A stretch of 64,000 nt of DNA, taken from the IMG/VR virus record IMGVR_UViG_3300028920_000023; one strand, 5' to 3'. The notes under the pieces were generated by a model. That model had not been told where the DNA came from, did no database searches, and saw nothing but the letters and a program-made list of their open reading frames with translations. The position numbers were made by a program, and so were the translations under genes. Positions 58,114 to 64,000 of this stretch are shown in pieces; the stretch's first letter is position 1; every line of letters starts with the position of its first letter. The DNA comes from a virus (taxonomy: Duplodnaviria; Caudoviricetes).

Positions 58114-58629
58114 CTACATGTCCAAAATTCTACGCTCAAAAGGTATCTTCCTAACCTCTGGTTTCTTGAACTTCCTACGTTCCGCCTCCTTTCTAAACCT
58201 CTGGTAAATCTTAAAATCACGTAAAGCACCATCTAAGATCTCTTTTTTATCAAGGAAACCAGGTAACCCCTCAGTAAAACGAACTATGATGTTCTTCAAA
58301 TAATTAATTATGTTAATCACATGAGTGTCAGATAATTTAGATATTTTCCTGGACACCATCTTACCATTACATTTATAAGTCCAAGAATCAGTATCCACAA
58401 TATTAAAAACGCTAGGCAATGGACAACAAAACAATAATTGTTCTGCACATAGAGCAGATAAGAAAACAGCAACATCCGAATCAAAACACCTAATAACATA
58501 ACCATCCGGACGCAAACAAATATTCACCTTGGGTATAGTAACATCATACTTACATAAATTAACACAAAGAACATTACTATTCTCATTATTAAGATCATCA
58601 CTAAAAATGAAATTAAAACAACCAAGCAT
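58114..58629 (-). CDS. Hypothetical phage protein
   Basis: Start moved to ATG 58629 to avoid the divergent neighbour. Confidence 0.55.
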   Translation of the reverse strand: MLGCFNFIFSDDLNNENSNVLCVNLCKYDVTIPKVNICLRPDGYVIRCFDSDVAVFLSALCAEQLLFCCPLPSVFNIVDTDSWTYKCNGKMVSRKISKLSDTHVINIINYLKNIIVRFTEGLPGFLDKKEILDGALRDFKIYQRFRKEAERRKFKKPEVRKIPFERRILDM

Positions 58630-58691
58630 ACTAAATAATATCCCGAAGACGTACAATAGAAAGTAAATACAACAAACACAGGAGAACAACA

Positions 58692-59201
58692 ATGAGCAAA
58701 GAGCAGGAAACTAAAGAACAAAGTGCAGTAAAAATCAACTACAAACTAGTAAACAAATACAAACTACTATCCGGAATAGCCAGAAGAGCAGGACTAGCCG
58801 CAGAAGAACTGAAAAGAGACCTCAGCGGAAGCCTAAAAGACCTAGTCCAGAAATCCACCAAAGCAGACAGAGAAAGAGAAGACTTCGAAGACAAAATAGC
58901 CATCAAACAAATCGACGACGAAAACTACCAATTAACACAAGAAGAAAAAGAAGAACACAAAAAAGTAAAAAGAAACGAATACGACGCAAGAACAGAATTA
59001 AATAACAAATCAAGAGAAAAAGACAAAGAATTCACAAACAGCAAAGAATATAAAAACCAAATACAATGCGAAAAAGAACTAGAAGAATGGCTATGTAAAG
59101 TCAGCAACCATCTCGGCTGCAGCCAAGACGCCATAGACTGGGAAAAAGGGACATACACCCCAGAAGAAGATCAAGACGACATACCAGAAGACCTGTTATA
59201 A
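58692..59201 (+). CDS. Coiled-coil protein
   Basis: GGAGA RBS; Lys/Glu-rich helical sequence. Confidence 0.65.
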   Translation: MSKEQETKEQSAVKINYKLVNKYKLLSGIARRAGLAAEELKRDLSGSLKDLVQKSTKADREREDFEDKIAIKQIDDENYQLTQEEKEEHKKVKRNEYDARTELNNKSREKDKEFTNSKEYKNQIQCEKELEEWLCKVSNHLGCSQDAIDWEKGTYTPEEDQDDIPEDLL

Positions 59202-59307
59202 CACAGGAATATCCGGCCTTAAACAACCACTCAAAAGAACCAAAACAAAACACAACAAAAGCCTTAACAAAATCTTCATAGGAATCCTCCAATAACAATA
59301 ATTTTGA

Positions 59308-59539
59308 CTACACATACTTCTCAGGATTGAGCTTAAAAAGCCGCATAAGCTCAATCCTAGCTTCATCGTTAGACTGCATATTAATCAAGTCAGCAATATC
59401 ATCCCAAGACCTGACCTCTAAACCACTTCCCGATGTGCAATTGCAGCTAGGGTCAAAAAAACGGAACACCATTAGAAATAATATACCCAATCATATGACC
59501 ACAAACCACAAGAACGAAGAGAAAAACGTCTCTCACCAC
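59308..59539 (-). CDS. Small membrane/secreted protein, apparently split by a frameshift at an A7 run
   Basis: GTG-start hydrophobic ORF (RDVFLFVLVVCGHMIGYII) stops in the run 59455-59461; the adjacent frame continues to 59308. Confidence 0.35.
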
Positions 59540-59799
59540 TACTGGTTATCGCCTCCTGCACTTCCTCTATCGTGGCATCCCTCATTCTTCTTATACTCCC
59601 TAATAACGGCCTCTTCGAAGTCCCTAAAGACTTCTACCAGTCTCATAAACTGAGCAAATTTGCAACCGTAATCATCAAAAGGCGTCAACTTCAAAAAATT
59701 ATCATTAATCTCTATATTCTTACGACCACCAACCGGCCTAAGATCAACCTCTATACAAGCAGTAGACTGTCTAACTACCTTATCAGCCAACATGATCAC
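59539..59799 (-). CDS. Hypothetical protein
   Basis: Coupled small-gene run. Confidence 0.55.
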   Translation of the reverse strand: MIMLADKVVRQSTACIEVDLRPVGGRKNIEINDNFLKLTPFDDYGCKFAQFMRLVEVFRDFEEAVIREYKKNEGCHDRGSAGGDNQ

Positions 59800-60077
59800 C
59801 CCCCATCGAGACGTAGAACCTGCCCCTCATCAAAACACTCCATATCAGAAACGAATTTAATTACAACACCGCCAACTCTATACATCATGGAAGTAATCTT
59901 ACTAACATACAAACCCTGATCACGCAACAAACGCAAGACACAAGGAATATGTGACATAGAAACGGAACAAAGAATTAAAGAAGTCTCAGAAGCCTTAATC
60001 GCATCAACCAAAGGACCGATATCAACCCTCCTGTAAACATCTATCAAATTTAACCCTCCCGAATTAATATCCATCAT
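59796..60077 (-). CDS. Hypothetical protein
   Basis: Coupled small-gene run. Confidence 0.55.
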   Translation of the reverse strand: MMDINSGGLNLIDVYRRVDIGPLVDAIKASETSLILCSVSMSHIPCVLRLLRDQGLYVSKITSMMYRVGGVVIKFVSDMECFDEGQVLRLDGG

Positions 60078-60273
60078 TTACCCCAATCGAAACATCGACC
60101 CTACGGCACCCAACAACAGAACCCATAGGGACCTCTAAAAACAAATAACAATCATCACTATTACCAACGTAAGTATATCTTTTACCATCTCTAATTATGA
60201 AATGCACATCTTCCTGATCAATCCACAGTTCATGATTGCTAGAGTGAAGCTCGTTTTTCTGTATCCTTATCAT
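60064..60273 (-). CDS. Hypothetical protein
   Basis: Coupled small-gene run. Confidence 0.5.
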   Translation of the reverse strand: MIRIQKNELHSSNHELWIDQEDVHFIIRDGKRYTYVGNSDDCYLFLEVPMGSVVGCRRVDVSIGVNDGY

Positions 60274-60964
60274 TTCTTCTCTCCATATCTACGTCAGTCA
60301 ACACATTGTGCAAATCCACCGTATCTTTATGTTCAGCATTGGTAATCAAATACAAAATCCTAGAAATAATATTATCCTCAATACCACTACGTGCAGTATA
60401 TTCATCAAGCAAATCTCTAGCCTTAGAAACAGAATCAACCTCACCAACAAAATCAGACAACATAATCTGAAACTCAAAATGCAAATCTTCAGGTAATAAA
60501 TCAATCAATTTAGGATCAACAAAAGACATGCTAGCATCATCACTCATCTTCGCCCTATAATAAGGATCATCATCCTTGATATCGCCATATAAACCCAAAT
60601 TCTCCCTAGGATAATACTTCATCAATGCACCTGTGCTCATCTCCCTCTTGCCACCTATCGAAATCGAAATCGAATTACCCAACTGGGGCCTATGGGAGGA
60701 CTCATCACTAGCAATAAAACATCTCAGCAGATATAGGATCTTTGCGTTCTCTGTTGCCTTCCTTTTTATTTCCTCGACATAAGCTACCTTATCAGGTATT
60801 TCCTTAACGAAATCAACGAGGAGCTCGTCTGCCCTCTTCTCTAGGTCCTCCAGAGGACCGAGCTGACCCACAATATCCAGCTTGTCCTCCAAAGACAACC
60901 CACCAGAAGATACGAGGCGCACAGCCTCATGCAATTCGTATAATTCCTCGGGATATAATCTCAT
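60239..60964 (-). CDS. Hypothetical protein
   Basis: 241 aa, acidic. Confidence 0.65.
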   Translation of the reverse strand: MRLYPEELYELHEAVRLVSSGGLSLEDKLDIVGQLGPLEDLEKRADELLVDFVKEIPDKVAYVEEIKRKATENAKILYLLRCFIASDESSHRPQLGNSISISIGGKREMSTGALMKYYPRENLGLYGDIKDDDPYYRAKMSDDASMSFVDPKLIDLLPEDLHFEFQIMLSDFVGEVDSVSKARDLLDEYTARSGIEDNIISRILYLITNAEHKDTVDLHNVLTDVDMERRNDKDTEKRASL

Positions 60965-61380
60965 TTTATAACATCCAAAACTTTTTCTACTTCAAGACCC
61001 CTAATCGTGCCCATAATCTCCTTAGTCTTATGCACAATATGCGGCAGTATCTCATTTTGACTTAATACGATATCACTATTCCAAACCTCATGCCCCATAA
61101 ATTCAACATGAGTGCGAATACCAGTAGAAACAAGTTTAAAATGTTCAGAATTAAGATTGATATTTAATAATCGAATTGTGCTGGCCAGAGACTCGCTAAT
61201 AGGATCCTGTAAAGCAGCTCGTAAAAAATGTTTTAAAGCACGACAGACTGCTTTTCCTTCATTTTCATCCTGTGGAACCTTTACACCACGAATAAAAAAT
61301 TCGCCATTATTAGTTATTTTAAGTATTTCTCCTTCTTCATCTGATTTGAAAACGAAACTATCTTCGCTATTTTCTGACAT
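60961..61380 (-). CDS. Hypothetical phage protein
   Basis: EILKITNNGEFFIRGVKVPQDENE segment; GGGGG RBS. Confidence 0.6.
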   Translation of the reverse strand: MSENSEDSFVFKSDEEGEILKITNNGEFFIRGVKVPQDENEGKAVCRALKHFLRAALQDPISESLASTIRLLNINLNSEHFKLVSTGIRTHVEFMGHEVWNSDIVLSQNEILPHIVHKTKEIMGTIRGLEVEKVLDVIK

Positions 61381-61401
61381 GTTGCCCCCTTGCTTTGTAG
61401 T

Positions 61402-61477
61402 TGGTGGTCCCGGCAGGATTCGAACCTGCGACCAGCTGATTATGAGTCAGCGGCTCTCACCTCTGAGCTACGGGACC
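61402..61477 (-). tRNA. tRNA-CAU (Ile2- or elongator Met-type), CCA encoded
   Basis: GGUCCCG/CGGGACC acceptor, GCUC/GAGC D arm, GCUGA-CUCAUAA-UCAGC, GCAGG-UUCGAAU-CCUGC, ACCA. Confidence 0.92.
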
Positions 61478-61516
61478 TATTCGTAACCCTTTTATCTGTT
61501 CTAAATTTAGGATAAA

Positions 61517-61592
61517 TGGTTGCGGGCCGTGGTAACGCTCCACGATTAGCGGGTTATGAGCCCGCCCAGGAGACTTCTCCTAGCCACCCGCA
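61517..61592 (-). tRNA. Atypical initiator-like tRNA-CAU
   Basis: UGCGGG.../CCCGCA-ACCA and GGG/CCC anticodon stem as in tRNA-fMet, but a 7-bp D stem with 4-nt loop and T loop AGCGUUA. Confidence 0.7.
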
Positions 61593-61650
61593 ACAGGAAG
61601 AAAGAACAGGCCTGGCGAGGGGGCGGCCCTGTTCCTCCAGGGGAGAGAAA

Positions 61651-61956
61651 TCACGTGGTCTGACCGCGACCTCTCCTTAACATATTAACCGTAGCACGAT
61701 AATCACCAGTCGATACCGCACTATTCCCAAAAAAATTATCCAATTGCTGGAATAACGTAATACCATTACCAAGTTCAGTAGCAGTAATAGCAAAATCCGT
61801 CAAATCACCATCAACAATCTCATCCGCGCCGCCACTATTATAGCCATTATCGAAATATTCTTCGGTCATAGCATTGATCTGATCCATGACCTTAGCTAAT
61901 TCCTCAATCCTAGCAATAAACGTACTCGTAAAAGCACTCTTGTGATTAACAGCCAT
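61651..61956 (-). CDS. Hypothetical protein
   Basis: 101 aa, GAGGAGG RBS. Confidence 0.65.
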   Translation of the reverse strand: MAVNHKSAFTSTFIARIEELAKVMDQINAMTEEYFDNGYNSGGADEIVDGDLTDFAITATELGNGITLFQQLDNFFGNSAVSTGDYRATVNMLRRGRGQTT

Positions 61957-61997
61957 TAGGAAAGCCTCCTCAAGGGTTCACAAATATCTTTGAGCCT

Positions 61998-62543
61998 CTA
62001 CTCCCTCCCAAGAATCTCCCTCATATCCCTCTCACCAATAGCCTTCCTGATCGCAGATATATCCGCTTCATAACTAGCAACACTCTTAGACAAAACCTCA
62101 ACCTCGCTAGATTTGGACTCTAAACACTCCTGCAAAGAAGATAACTTCTTATCCCTTTCAGCAATCATTTTTCTAGAACAATCACGCATATCCTCCAACT
62201 CCTTGGTAATCTTATCAACAGCAATTTGCTTCTCTTTAGCCTCTTTGACAGCCCTATCTCGGTGCGATATCATATCAGTGTACTTCTTATCCATCGGAAG
62301 ACCGACAACGAACCTCGGAGAGATATTAGTCAAGATACTATGAACTGGGCATTCATAATTCGAATTATCAACATCTTTAAATTGAGTCTGCTCATAAATT
62401 ACAGACAACAAAATATACCCATCAGGAATACCACCACCTGCATCACAAGTACGAATGTCCGTATACTCATTAGGATCAACAAAAATAACTGGTTGTGGAA
62501 CACCACCAACTGGCCCAAGAATCGCCTTCGTGCTACTGCCCAT
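61998..62543 (-). CDS. Coiled-coil phage protein
   Basis: Start moved to ATG 62543 (AAAGGAG RBS). Confidence 0.6.
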   Translation of the reverse strand: MGSSTKAILGPVGGVPQPVIFVDPNEYTDIRTCDAGGGIPDGYILLSVIYEQTQFKDVDNSNYECPVHSILTNISPRFVVGLPMDKKYTDMISHRDRAVKEAKEKQIAVDKITKELEDMRDCSRKMIAERDKKLSSLQECLESKSSEVEVLSKSVASYEADISAIRKAIGERDMREILGRE

Positions 62544-62641
62544 GTTGTTCTCCTTTCTTAGGTTATTATCCCACAGCACATAGAGTGAAATACAACTTAC
62601 ACGATACATCAGTCGTGATAAAATAAATAAGGAGAGACACA

Positions 62642-62824
62642 ATGGACATAGAAACCGAAATCCAATTATCATACCTAGACGAAGATATCGAAAAAGCTAT
62701 AGAATCCTTCTCGGAATTGTCCGAAGAAGACAAAGATAAAATAGTAACTAGATTAAACAAATCGGCGGATGAACATGATGTTACCATTCAAGAAGCAATT
62801 AGAAGATGCTCTGAACGAAGCTAG
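62642..62824 (+). CDS. Small acidic protein
   Basis: AAGGAGA RBS. Confidence 0.55.
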   Translation: MDIETEIQLSYLDEDIEKAIESFSELSEEDKDKIVTRLNKSADEHDVTIQEAIRRCSERS

Positions 62825-63299
62825 CATAAAAGACCTCACCAGAAAAATCAAACGCACAAACGCAAGACGAAAAACCAGCTCAAAACCAATCCCGCCACCC
62901 AAAACCATAGACAAACCACAAGACATCAGTAAACTAATCCTACCACAAGAAGAAAGAGAAGCCATAAAGAAAATAACAATAAAATTAAACAGCTTCCTTG
63001 CGCACCTTGTGAAGATAAAACCCGAACTTAGAGAATTCGCAATAAAAGTCAATAAAGCACTAAACCAACTCTACGGAAAAACCAAACTGCCATTATCTGC
63101 ACAAGAATTCGACACGATAATGGGAGAAGACCTAGAAGACACCACAGACAAAATCGCCAAAGCATTTTGGATCGGAATATCGCACATAATAAACATAATC
63201 AAAAAATCAAAATACAATACACCAGACCAAATCAACGACTTCTCACGAGCATACCAGAACATACTAAGGATGATCGAATCCGGACTCAGATCGAGTTAG
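62769..63299 (+). CDS. Hypothetical protein
   Basis: 176 aa; 56-nt overlap with upstream ORF. Confidence 0.55.
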   Translation: MNMMLPFKKQLEDALNEASIKDLTRKIKRTNARRKTSSKPIPPPKTIDKPQDISKLILPQEEREAIKKITIKLNSFLAHLVKIKPELREFAIKVNKALNQLYGKTKLPLSAQEFDTIMGEDLEDTTDKIAKAFWIGISHIINIIKKSKYNTPDQINDFSRAYQNILRMIESGLRSS

Positions 63300-63930
63300 C
63301 ACTCAAAGTCCTCTCATCTAACAAAGGGCGTTCATCATTATCAACAGCAAAAAACATATAAGACAAACAATGCTTAGACCTCGTCCATAAAAACTTTCCA
63401 CCGCCATCATCTGGCGACGACCTCTCTATAATATGTTCCTTATGCTTATCAAAATCGCCTATCCATCTATTTCCTCGCTCATCATCTTTATTCTTCGGAG
63501 CAACAAAAGACAAATCCAACTTCCTGTGATGAAAAACACCCCACTTAACAAAATCATATGCCTCATCGGTTAACGGAGGCTCATCTTTCGGTTCCCCAGC
63601 TGCCGTCAACGAATCAAAAAGATATGCGCTTAACAAATAAGTAGGAACAGTAAAGAAACTAGTCCTAGTATTACCAACATTGAACAACTGCTCATCGCCC
63701 AACACAAAAGAATCCCTATCCCTACCACCACCCGGCCTTAAATAATCATTATAAGAAGAAATCTGGAACCTAAAAGTAGCAAACTCACCATCATGTAAAC
63801 CAACAACAGCATGTATCCCAACCTTATATAACAAATCACCCGGACCAGTAAAGACCAAACTATGTGGCACATACCCTTGCACCCTAGTTATAATATGGCG
63901 AATCGAATTGTAATAGCTAGTCGTTGTCAT
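63286..63930 (-). CDS. Hypothetical protein
   Basis: 214 aa, GAGGGG RBS. Confidence 0.65.
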   Translation of the reverse strand: MTTTSYYNSIRHIITRVQGYVPHSLVFTGPGDLLYKVGIHAVVGLHDGEFATFRFQISSYNDYLRPGGGRDRDSFVLGDEQLFNVGNTRTSFFTVPTYLLSAYLFDSLTAAGEPKDEPPLTDEAYDFVKWGVFHHRKLDLSFVAPKNKDDERGNRWIGDFDKHKEHIIERSSPDDGGGKFLWTRSKHCLSYMFFAVDNDERPLLDERTLSANSI

Positions 63931-64000
63931 CTAAATCCCTCTTAATGCTATCATCGGACAAATAAGTCGTAAGAGCGATCCTAAACACGCCCTTGTAATC

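Noticed and set aside
61517-61592. tRNA-Sec, suggested by the long D stem with 4-nt loop
   Set aside because: Anticodon is CAU, the variable region is 4 nt and the acceptor stem is not extended.
62642-63299. Possible single gene split by one extra A at 62797-62798 (would read IQEALEDALNEA)
   Set aside because: Not a slippery run, and the second ORF has its own ATGs; cannot be supported without homologs or reads.

Overview
A 64 kb segment of a large tailed bacteriophage, probably a jumbo myovirus. It uses the standard genetic code, has Shine-Dalgarno sites and sigma70-type promoters, and shows no housekeeping genes. It contains: (i) virion genes, namely a baseplate/tail protein truncated at the left edge, an 11 kb gene for a 3696-aa Gly-Pro-Thr collagen fibre with seven copies of a ~110-aa globular module, and a dockerin-bearing structural protein; (ii) two glycan-synthesis clusters (19-30.5 kb and 46.6-56.6 kb) with gmd, a perosamine-synthase-like aminotransferase, split HldE/GmhB heptose enzymes, GT2/GT4/GT8/GT9-type transferases, sulfo-, methyl- and pyruvyl-transferases and a kinase-methyltransferase fusion; (iii) nucleotide enzymes (tmk, dut, add); (iv) two CAU tRNAs, one strongly non-canonical. 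The standout is a minus-strand operon at 37.4-42.6 kb behind a near-consensus sigma70 promoter. Three ~110-125 nt RNAs there share one covarying 5'/3' closing stem. Two carry tRNA-Ile bodies (GAU, UAU) with broken acceptor stems, and the third carries a circularly permuted tRNA. They flank a Ro60/TROVE-like helical+vWA gene and an ARPP/DUF6569-like gene. This looks like a phage-encoded, divergent Ro60/Y-RNA-type ribonucleoprotein system. All family assignments come from motif recognition by eye; no searches were run.
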